Shown here piece after piece: positions 1-9,604 of a stretch of DNA of 64,000 nucleotides. Position numbers and translations under genes: made by a program. The stretch's first letter is position 1; each line of letters begins with the position of its first letter. A model generated the notes under the pieces. The model saw nothing but the letters and a program-made list of their open reading frames with translations, was not told where the DNA came from and searched no databases. Source of the DNA: Octopus vulgaris (lineage: Eukaryota); the NCBI GenBank assembly GCA_951406725.2, contig OX597817.1, forward strand, positions 33,170,001-33,234,000, in the 5' to 3' direction.

Positions 1-224
1 TAATCTCTATTGAAGTAACTGTTTGATCTGTCTTGGTACATTTGCATGTAAGTATGTGTAAATTAACGCATGTGTGAGTATATTAATATGCTTCCTAGTT
101 TTAATACTTGTAGTAAGTAGTTTTATGATATTAATTTCTCAAACAACTACATTTTCTAAATTAAACCTATATGTTATATTTCATTTATTGTTTTATATCT
201 TCTCAATACAAAGAAATTAAAAAG

Positions 225-520
225 AAATATTATTTATATTATTCTTGCATTTAGGGATGGTCATACTGCCAGTTTAGCCAATAAAAATACTCGCACTATA
301 TATTTGGTGTTAATTTGCTTCAGCTTTATTCTGTTTTATACATTAATCTTATTTTGGCCAGAGTTCTTTCGTCACACTTCTGTGACCTCATCAGTGGTCC
401 TTTGCTTTCTTCTTTCTTATTTGTGTGTCTCTCCTTACTAACGATCAGCCATTTTGTATTATTTATATTAATTTATTTTGTAATTATTTATTTTGCAATT
501 ATTTTGTATTATTTATATTA
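225..520 (-). mobile_element. Penelope-like element fragment (pLTR region: HHR followed by ORF start MTIPKC...)
   Basis: 241-310 is homologous to 55930-56005, which adjoins a GIY-YIG fragment. Minus-strand ATG at 264 reads MTIPK. An HHR lies at 356-400. Confidence 0.65.
356..400 (-). ncRNA. Minimal type I hammerhead ribozyme, canonical core
   Basis: Minus strand reads GGACCA CUGAUGA G GUCACA-GAAG-UGUGAC GAAA G-AA-C UC / UGGCC. Stem I CCA/UGG (+GG/CC), 6-bp stem II, 2-bp stem III, CUC triplet, predicted cleavage between 361 and 360. Confidence 0.75.
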
Positions 521-526
521 ATTTAT

Positions 527-787
527 GTCTTTATTCTTTTATTCTTTTACTTGTTTCAGGTGTTTGAATGCGGTCATGCTGGAGTACTGCCTTAAAGGGT
601 TATACTCGAAGAAATCAACACAAGGACCTTTTTTATGTAAGCCTAGTGCTTATTCTATTGGTCTAATTTGTCAAACTGCTAAGTTGCAGGGACATAAATA
701 CACAAGCATTGGTTGTCAAGTGATGGTGGGAGAGGGGGGCAAACACAGACACACACACATGAATATATGCACATACATACATACATG
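527..787 (-). mobile_element. SINE family A, 3' half, diverged
   Basis: Reverse complement of the CCAGCATGGCCGCAGTCAAATGACTGAAACAAGTAAAAGA tail seen in the full copies at 4014 and 40830. Confidence 0.8.
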
Positions 788-1215
788 GTTTCTACAGCTG
801 GATACACTTCCTAACGCCGACAACTCCAAGAGTGTAATAGGTGCTTTTACGTGCTACCAGCATAGGTACCATTTGTCTGACACCAGTATTTGCCATGACT
901 GCAATTTTGCTCGGCTTGATGGGTCTTCTTCTCAAGCACAACATAATGCCAAAGGTGTCAGTCATTGCCTCCATGAGGCCCAACACTTGAAAGGAGCTCA
1001 GTGAGGGCCAACATTCAAAAGGTGCTTTTTACATGCCACTGGCATAGGTGCCAGTTATGTGACACCAGCATTGGTCACAACTACAATTTCACTTGGCTTG
1101 ATGGATTTTCTCAAGCACAGCATATTGCCAAAGGTCTCAGTCAATAGTCATTGCCACTGTGAGGCTTAAAATTCAAAGATCATGCTTCACCACTTCATCT
1201 CATGTCTCCCTGGGT
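788..1215 (-). mobile_element. RTE LINE 3' end fragment (RT C-terminus and 3' UTR)
   Basis: TTTCTACAGCTGGAT..CTTCCTAACGCC..CACTCC motif shared with other RTE 3' ends; GRPRxTWDEVV-like codons near 1190-1215. Confidence 0.7.
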
Positions 1216-1289
1216 CTCTTAGGTTCCTTGGCAGGATGTTAAACAGTTGTGGTCCCCTAAAACCCGAGCTGTTGCAATACTGGGTCCTT

Positions 1290-1745
1290 ATCTCAGATGA
1301 AGAAGATGGTATCTTTGGTAGTATGCAATGCTATCCAGTTTGGTGGTTGGTATAGCTTTTAATTCCAAAGTGGGGAGCTAGACCATCCAGGATCTTCCAT
1401 ATATATATCACTGCATACCTTTTTCACCTTCTCTCCAGACAGTAGAGCTTCAGTTCTTGTAGTCTCTCCCAGCAGTTCATCTGTTTCACTGAGCCAATCT
1501 TCTCTATGTAGTGATGCTAGATTGCCTCAAATTCTGCCATAAATTTGATGCTCTGTGGTGACCATAGTTGGAAGTAGTAATCCAGATGACTGTGGACAAA
1601 TGTCCTCCATAAGAGTAGCAAGGTAACCTTATTTCTGGTTCTGAATGATATAAGGATCCATCCAGCTATTTGCCTGCACAGTGTTACCATCTTGGCAATA
1701 TGCACATGAATTGTTGCATCACTACTTATTTGTATTGAAATATGA
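1290..1745 (-). mobile_element. CR1/L2-group LINE, RT C-terminal fragment
   Basis: ORF 1517-1789 reads GWILISFRTRNKVTLLLLWRTFVHSHLDYYFQLWSP, and continues with WERLQELKLYCLERR-like codons. Confidence 0.75.
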
Positions 1746-2302
1746 ATTATACCCATCATCAAAGTAATGAGTTGAGCCATTTTGAACACTACAACTCATG
1801 TGGTCATCAGTGAAGTAGCCGGAGGCAGATTACAAGTCTGAGGACTCCATGGATATTGTTATGAACATTGTAATGTTCATGAAAGAACCAGTCATCCAAG
1901 TGGTGCACTGTCTTGCATATTTGCAGTGCATAGCAGTCTTTGTATACTAAGCAGCATATTAAATATGAAAAGTTGCCAATAAATTGGTTGGTGCCATTGA
2001 ATGTGAGTTTAGAGCCTAGTAGCTGTGTGGTTTGGCAGATGAAGGGTCAAGTATGGCACTGGGGATAGAAAGAAGTGGAGATTTCAGGTTGATGCAACTA
2101 AAGACAAGGGTCCTTCTAACCAGAAAGTCATATAGATTCTTGTTTCTTTTGGCAGAAAGGAGTGGATAGGTGGTTCAGGAAATATAGGTGTGTTTCAGGA
2201 AAGATAGGGGCCGTTCAGGAATGATAGGAGTGGTTACATGTTTATTAACTCTTCAGTACTTACACGTGTATTAAAACCATACTGCACTTACACATGTGTT
2301 AA

Positions 2303-2523
2303 CCCTTTCATTACTGTATTTATTTTGAGATGCTCTGTGTTTCTTTCAATTATTTTAAACATAACAAAGAATTTAGTAAAATAACTTAGTTATCATTAAA
2401 CTAGAGTTAAGAATGTAAATTCTGACTAAGGTGTGGTGGAATATTTTAATTCTAAACTTATGAAAACAAGACATTTTTACCACAGAGCTAGAGCCGGTTT
2501 TGGCCGGGTTAATAACAAAAGGG
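2303..2523. mobile_element. piggyBac-like MITE
   Basis: TTAA-CCCTTT...AAAGGG-TTAA termini with TTAA duplication. Confidence 0.7.
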
Positions 2524-2629
2524 TTAAACTAGCCTTCCACACTTATATGTTTATTAAAATAGATTTCGGCATTTACACATGTACTAAACCATACTTTAAA
2601 ACATTCTTTAATCAGTTTCAATGAAATTA

Positions 2630-2875
2630 GAAATATGTTCTGTTGTGTCTGGAGAGAGTCATCTTCTTTTTGTGCCTTATAATGTAACACACTCACCGGT
2701 AAAATTTCCACTTATTTCTTATTTTTATTTTCCTAAAATTTTCATTGCATCTTGTAACCTTTTCAATAGTCTTATAAGGCACAAAAAGATGACTCTCCCC
2801 AGACACAACAGAATATGCTTCAACACATGAACTCATATAAAGAATCTTGCAAACTAAATCCAGAAACGAAATATA
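2630..2875. mobile_element. Penelope-like fragment with internal inverted duplication and HHR-like motif
   Basis: Inverted repeat 2637-2682 / 2772-2815; homologous to 7900-8073; ORF start MTLPRHNRICFNT at 2789 (+). Confidence 0.65.
2733..2769 (-). ncRNA. Minimal HHR-like motif with U3-A8 core (UUGAAAA)
   Basis: Minus strand reads CUA UUGAAAA G GUUAC-AAGAU-GCAAU GAAA A-UU U / UAG. Stem I CUA/UAG, stem II partly decayed, palindromic stem III AAAUUU. Confidence 0.5.
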
Positions 2876-4013
2876 GAAATATGTTATTAAGGGAAAATAA
2901 GAATTTAAACAATAAACACATATTTTCAAATACTGATTCACTCTAATTTTTTACATACTTGTCTTGGTGTGATCAAGGCCATCATAACAACATCACAGGT
3001 CTCTAGGCTAAGTAACATGCAGAACACCCTATATACACAAATACACCCTTCTTAGATTAACACTGGGCCCTCTTGACCTGTGCAACTGACTAGTTTATCT
3101 ATACCTTAAGACATTAATTGATGTGATAGAGATGCAGCACGGATTTTTGTCAGTGAACAGGTCGCAGATTTTAGCGACAAAAATATTTTGACAAATTAAA
3201 CTTAAATGTTGAAGTGAATCGAACGGCTTTTGTGTGTTTCTTAAATGGCTTACAAACACCTTCCACGCTGCAATTGATGTGATAGTTTTTTTAAAAAAAA
3301 GTTTCAAGTTTTTAAATGTGAATACTTATAATACCTTGTATAACTGAAGGCACTTCTTGCTGCTAAACACTCACCTGCTGTACTTAATGTCAACCTGGTA
3401 TCAACTAGACACAAGCAGAGTAAACGTGTTTTTCCTTGAAGAACATGACAATTGACTATAAGAGATTTGAAGCAGTGAGCCTTTGATCAGTAGACGTTAA
3501 ATCCTATAAACGACAGTGGGAAACAAATATAATATTTTACTCACAATCGCTTCTTTAAAGATCTACACAAGACTTTATATTATATTTATATTTTATGCCG
3601 TCCTCTATATTCTTTGTGTTACTTCTGAAATAACTCAGACAACAAAGGGAATCCAATAATGACTGAATAAACCAGCAGTTGACTCAATCACCAGAACGTT
3701 TCCACACCCATGATTGTTTAAGTCTGTCTCACTATTCATGCTTTTAGTTATTAAAAACTGTTTGTCACTTCACGTAAATGGTGTCAGAGAATTAAGTTTT
3801 AAAGAATACTCTTTATCTCCATAAACAAATGTACAGTTCTGTGTATTTACTTGGTGGTTTAATCATTATTAGCTTGATGGCCACAACTGGATTATACTTC
3901 TACTGAAGATTCCAAATAAGTGGCTTGTTTGAACCTGTTCTCCATAATTGCTGAAGATAAAAAAATATTAGGCACAAACTAAAATTATAATTATTATTAT
4001 TATTTTCAACATA

Positions 4014-4184
4014 GGTGCAGGAGTGGCTGTGTGGTAAGTAGCTTGCTAACCAACCACATGGTTCTGGGTTCAGTCCCACTGCATGGCATCTTGGGCAAGT
4101 GTCTTCTGCTATAGCCCTGGGCCGACCAATGCCTTGTGAGTGGATTTGGTAGACGGAAACTGAAAGAAGCCTGTTGTATATATG

Positions 4185-4221
<37 letters not shown>

Positions 4222-4438
4222 GTTTGTGTATCTGTGTTTGTCCCCCTAGCATTGCTTGACAACCGATGCTGGTGTGTTTACGTCCCCGTCACTTAGCGGT
4301 TCGGCAAAAGAGACCGATAGAATAAGTACTAAGCTTACAAAGAATAAGTCCCGGGGTCGATTTGCTCGACTAAAGGCGGTGCTCCAGCATGGCCGCAGTC
4401 AAATGACTGAAACAAGTAAAAGAGTAAAGAGTAAGAGT
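4014..4438 (+). mobile_element. SINE family A (tRNA-derived head, internal (TA)/(TG) tract, GTAAAAGA tail), full length
   Basis: A-box-like TGGCTGTGTGGT and B-box-like GGTTCAGTCCC; near-identical copies at 40830, 43351 and 51376. Confidence 0.85.
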
Positions 4439-4986
4439 ATTCAATAGGTACAAGTGTGGTGTGAGTATAGGTGTGGTTATAGGTGCAGACATGATTGTGT
4501 GGTTAAGAAGTTTGCATTGCAACCAGTTGGTTTGGGGTTCAGTCCTACTACTGCATGGCACTTTGAGCATTTGACTTCTACTATAGCCCTAGGCTGACCA
4601 AAGCCTTGTTAACAGATTTAGTAGTGGAAACTGAAAGAATCTCATTGTATATCATCATCATCATCATCATCATCATTTAACACCCCTGTTTGCATACTGG
4701 CATGAGCTGGATGGTTCGATATGAACAGACAACTCAGTGGATTGCACAAAATTTCAGTGTCTGCTTTGGTATGGCTTCTACAGTGTGATGTCCTTCTTAA
4801 CACCAACCACTTTACAAAGTATACAGGGTGTTTTTAATGTGGAATCAGCACTGTTGAGGTCACCAAGTACCCTCAAAATAAGATCCATTAACTGAGTGGG
4901 GTTTAGAATTAGGGATAAGAAACAAGGATAGAGGGACAAGAGCAAGTGTACATAGCTAGCCCATATAGAGAGAGAGGAAGAGAGGA

Positions 4987-5017
<31 letters not shown>

Positions 5018-5759
5018 GATGTGTGTGAGATCAGAGTACAAAGTGATTATGAGAAACAGTGCAGTGAGTGAGAATAGTGTGACAGACAACGAGAAATAGG
5101 GTATAAGTTAGATGTAGAGGATATCAGTTCAGCAGAAAGGAAGAGAGGAGTAACACAGAAGATTGATGAAAGAATAGGTGTTAGAAGATAAGTTGTTGGG
5201 GAAAGCTTGATAGAACCTCACTTCTACTGCAAAGGACAGGTCTTCACAAGCACAGCATATTGACATTTATCTCAGTACCCCATCGTTTCCTGTGAGAGGT
5301 TCAACATCCTGAGGTCAGTCTTCATCACTTTGCATCGTATCTTCCAAGGTCTTCCTTTTCCTCAGGGTCCTTCTACATTTAGCAATTGGCACTTCTTTAT
5401 ACAGCTGTCCTCATCTTTCTGCATTACATGACCATACCAGCACAATCTTCTCTCCTGAACACCACATCTGATACCACTTAATGTTCAGTTTTTCTCTCAG
5501 TACATTTGTAATTTGTTGTGCATGTACACTGTCATTATACACCGATCAGAACATACTAGTTTCATTTCTTTCTAGTCTTCACACGTCCTCTGCTTTCATA
5601 GCCCGAGTTCCACAACCATGTAGCATTGCTGCTCACATATAATCTGCCTTCCATTCCAAGTGAGATGCCTTTTGTTATCAACAGCAGCTAAGTTATGGGA
5701 ATGAAAAAACACACAAATAATGGTTGTCAAGCAGCAATGGGGTATAAACACAACTAGAT

Positions 5760-5788
5760 AGACACACACACATCTGTACACGCGCACG

Positions 5789-5881
<93 letters not shown>
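5760..5881. repeat. (CA)n microsatellite
   Basis: Direct reading. Confidence 0.95.
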
Positions 5882-5883
<2 letters not shown>

Positions 5884-6062
5884 TGAGCCTCTTTCAATTT
5901 CTGTCTACCAAATCTACTTACAAAGCTGTTTGAACCCTCTAAGTTCACATTAGGAAGATTCTCATTCTCCCATTCATTTACCACATTCAGTATCCTTTCA
6001 TAATCTCTTTTAATATAGGCACAAAGCCCAAAATTTTGGAGAGAGGAGATTAGTTAATTACA

Positions 6063-6224
6063 CTCACGGAGTGGTTGGCATTAGGAAGGGCATCCAGCTG
6101 TAGAAAAACTGCCATATCAGACTGGAGCCTGGTGCAGCCTTCTGGCTTCCCAGATCCCCGGTTGAACCGTCCAACCCATGCTAGCATGGAAAACGGACGT
6201 TAAACGATGATGATGATGATGATG
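6063..6224 (+). mobile_element. RTE 3'-tail insertion with (GAT)n, nested in a minus-strand family C SINE
   Basis: GGAGTGGTTGGCATTAGGAAGGGCATCCAGCTGTAGAAA...CCATGCTAGCATGGAAAACGGACGTTAAACGATGAT. Confidence 0.8.
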
Positions 6225-7222
6225 ACATTAACCCCAGTGTTCAACTGGTACTTATTATATTGATCCCAAAAGTCAACCACAGCAGAATTCAAACTCTTAG
6301 CAGCCTTTCATAATAGCATTTCCATGCCTCTGTCTTTATAGAATCATTAAGCGCAGGTGTGCCATTATCATTTCACTTACACTTCTCTCCCACAACTCTC
6401 AATTTTTTTCTAATACACTACCTTGCAATCTGGAACACCCTCCCCCTACTTTTGGTTCTCATGCTGTAGAATATTGGCAAACCTCCTCTTTTCTCTTTTT
6501 CTCCTTACTAAAGAGACCAATCTCTTAGCTTCTTTTCCAGCTACATGGTAAAGTTCTCTGCTGACCCCATTCTTCCAAACTTTCCAAGCCTGTCTCATTG
6601 CTTTTATGGCTCCACCTACTTCCTTATTCAACCACAACATTACCCTTGTTCTGGCTGGAATTTTGTACCAGTCACAGATTTGGTTTTCAACCTTCAGTAG
6701 GTTAGTTTTGTAAGAACTTCCAACGTCCTCTATATGCACCTATCTCTTCCTTCTTTTTGCCAAAATGCTTTAATTAGCCTGTCTCTAAATCTCTGACTGT
6801 TAGAAAGATCCCAAAGTTTCAGGATCTTCCTTTACCAGGTTGGTTTGTGTCTCTGAGATCTTCTAGTTCTAAGATTGAATTCATTAACAACTAACCTATG
6901 CTGGGTAGCATATTCTTAATCAAGAAAGGACTTTGCATTCATAAGTGTCTGCCTATCTGATTTTCTGGTGAGAATGTAGTCAATCTGACTGGTGCACAAA
7001 TCAGATTCATTGGTGATCAAGTGGCTGATAGGTTTCATGAAGTTAGTGTTGCAGATCACAGAACTCCAGTAGCCTTGTTCCTTCATCGAAATCACCAGCC
7101 ACAATTATAAAATCTTTGCCATCCACCACTGAGTTCTGCAAAAGTCCTTCTATGTTTCAGTCCAACTTGTGGAGCATATATATATATATGTATATAAGTA
7201 TATATGTATGTATATATATATC

Positions 7223-7287
<65 letters not shown>

Positions 7288-7299
7288 ACACACACATAT

Positions 7300-7553
7300 A
7301 TATCATGTGATAGTAGTAAATAAATGTCACTGTCATGCAAGCAGGGTTATTCATTTCCAATTTTCTGTAAAAACATGCTTGGTTAAGGGTGGGGGGAAAT
7401 GATCTCACTTGCAAAGAGATGAGGCTTGGCAACAGGTGAGGGTCCACACTGGCCTTAGAATATCTGCCTCAACAAATTCTGTCTGACCCATGCAAGCATG
7501 GAAATAAGGACACTAAAGTGATGATAATGATGATGATGATGGTGATGATAGTA

Positions 7554-7585
<32 letters not shown>

Positions 7586-7597
7586 AGTAATGATGAT
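7300..7597 (+). mobile_element. Short element with RTE-like 3' tail and (GAT)n (second copy 56340-56615)
   Basis: Shared TATCTGCCTCAACAAATT..TCTGACCCATG motif and GAT tail in both copies. Confidence 0.6.
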
Positions 7598-7899
7598 TTG
7601 TTCATACTTTAGCTTTTTTAATATTAAAAGGATGAAAATAATAATTTCACCCACTTAAATATCTTGCATCACTTAACTCGGATTCTTCTAATATAGAAAC
7701 ATTCAAATTCCAACTTATGTTTCTTTCTGTTATGAATCTTCTTCATTTCTATATAACTTGAATATTCCATTTCACATATAATATTTTCCATCTGTCATGA
7801 TATCATACTCAAAATGAATCTCTCACGTATATATGTTGCACTTCAAGAAAATCTAATTCTTCTTCAGCCTTTAATGGTTTGATTTTATGTAACTTTTAC

Positions 7900-8119
7900 A
7901 AAATATTTCGTTTTTGGATTTGGTTTGCAAGATTCTTTATATGAGTTCGTGTGTTGAAGCATATTCTGTTGTGTCTGGGGAGAGTCATTTTCTTTTTGTG
8001 CTTTATAATGTAACACACTCACCGGTAAAATTTCCACTTATTTCTTATTTCTATTTTTATTTTTATTTTCCTATAAGAAATAAGAAATAAGTGGAAATTT
8101 TACCGGTGAGTGTGTTACA
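7900..8119 (-). mobile_element. Penelope-like fragment with 44-bp fold-back at its 5' end
   Basis: Minus ATG at 7988 reads MTLPRHNRICFNTRTHIKNLANQIQKR; perfect inverted repeat 8009-8052 / 8076-8119. Confidence 0.65.
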
Positions 8120-8477
8120 AAATATGTTCCGCTGTTTATTAATGTCTCACCTCTCACTCAAACATACAGCCTTTCTCCCCTTCTAAGTGAATGACCATCA
8201 CCCCATCACAGCATAGTTAGAGTGTTTCCATAACATTTTAACTAACAATTATAAAATGGTAATAAATGATTAATTCATAATTATTCTGTTTCTTAGCTGA
8301 GAAATTTTTCCATTTTCATTATTAGCCAAGACATACCCCTGTTTCTTAGAGATTGCTTTTTGAATTGCTGCTAGTTGAAGGTGTGTTGTACTTAATCTTT
8401 GTAGAAAGGTAATTAGCTCCTAATGGGTGAGAGATGTAGTATTCAGTGTTGTGAAAAGGATGTTGGTAGCTGAGAGA

Positions 8478-8680
8478 TGTAGCTCCAATGGGAGTTTGTT
8501 GTTGTTTAACCCTTGGTTAACTCTGATTGACCAGACCTATAATCAAAGGCATTTCACCCATGACTATACCATTTTACTAAAAGTATCTAGAATTACACAA
8601 TCTAATTTATTATTGTCTTATTTAAAACAGCAGAGTGTTGAGACAAATTTAGACAAATAATATTTAACAAGTGGAACCCA
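8478..8680. mobile_element. Old interspersed repeat family F (other copies near 18240-18760, 31470-31630, 44160-44345, 46630-46810)
   Basis: Recurrent GTTTAACCC..GGT....CTGAT....CAGACCTAT.ATCAAAGGCATT and GATTTGGCTGCT.TTTCTAG motifs. Confidence 0.55.
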
Positions 8681-9371
8681 TGGAAGTTCCATGTATTATA
8701 AATGTTTTTATTTCTATTTTGATGCATAAATTTATAGATGTTTATACTAATGTTTCAGTGAGTTAAATATTTTGATTATATCTTCAATTTCCTTCCATAT
8801 TTTAAGGTTATTAAAATATAAGACTGATACAATTAGCATGACAAATACAATGCTATTATAAGATATTAACATCAAAGAAAGACTTGACTTGTTACACGCT
8901 TTTTGAGAATTGCTTCTAAACTATTTTAAGAACATATGGATAGATGTAATTGCCAATTAACCTCAGTTGTTCTGCTGGAGCAGGTGTATAGTGCAGTGAT
9001 AGAAGATTGAACAAAGCACTTCAATGAGATTCTAGTATATAAAACATGTTCTTTTTATTTGAAAGACTAAAGAGTTGCTGACAGGATTTAGTATCTACAG
9101 ACAAAATAATTTTGTAAAAGTTCCTTATTGGTTTATGTAAAGGTAATTTAATCATGTTAATGTTGGTGTTTGGTTCCAAATCAGACTGATTGAGCAGACC
9201 AATGATCCAAAAATGTTTCAACCTTGGCCTTTTAATTTTGTTTTTGTCAAAAGTGTGATTTAAGAGATATTTGTCTGCTCTTTGTAACTGATTAAGGAAA
9301 ACACAGATGCTTCCTTCATTGGCTCAAGAGGCAATTTAAATGGTTGGTTTGGGAATGAACATGGAACCAGA

Positions 9372-9426
<55 letters not shown>

Positions 9427-9570
9427 TAACAACATCAAAAAATACCTTAGGAATGAGAACCCAGGTTCAAAATTTCCCCCAAGACACCTGATGAAGGCTG
9501 GAGGGTATATCAGCTGAAACGTGTTAACAACAAACAAGATGAGGACAAATATCCATCAACTGTAAATAGT
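9372..9570 (+). mobile_element. (TAA)n followed by a short Penelope-like fragment containing an HHR core
   Basis: ACAC CTGATGA A GGCTG..CAGCT GAAAC GTGT at 9484-9524. Confidence 0.55.
9484..9524 (+). ncRNA. Minimal HHR-like motif (canonical CUGAUGA/GAAA; stem III/I junction appears deleted)
   Basis: Stem II GGCUG/CAGCU. The GUGU after GAAAC can serve as either stem III or stem I 3' strand, but not both. Confidence 0.5.
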
Positions 9571-9604
9571 GTAACTAATTTATAGTTTGACTAGTTGTGA
9601 TGAA

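Larger units (their letters stand above)
4650..7125 (-). mobile_element. Fragmented RTE LINE (endonuclease and linker 6300-7125, RT C-terminus 5235-5680, 3' tail 4650-4880) with nested insertions
   Basis: Minus ORFs SQIDYILTRKSDRQ and WLNKEVGGAIKAMRQAWKVWK; LREKL codons near 5490; (CAT)n at 4650 is the reverse of the (GAT)n tail. Confidence 0.65.

Noticed and set aside
3369-3420. Minus-strand 30-nt exon with CAG/GTGAGT donor
   Set aside because: It overlaps what looks like a decayed family B-type SINE, so it is probably a chance splice signal
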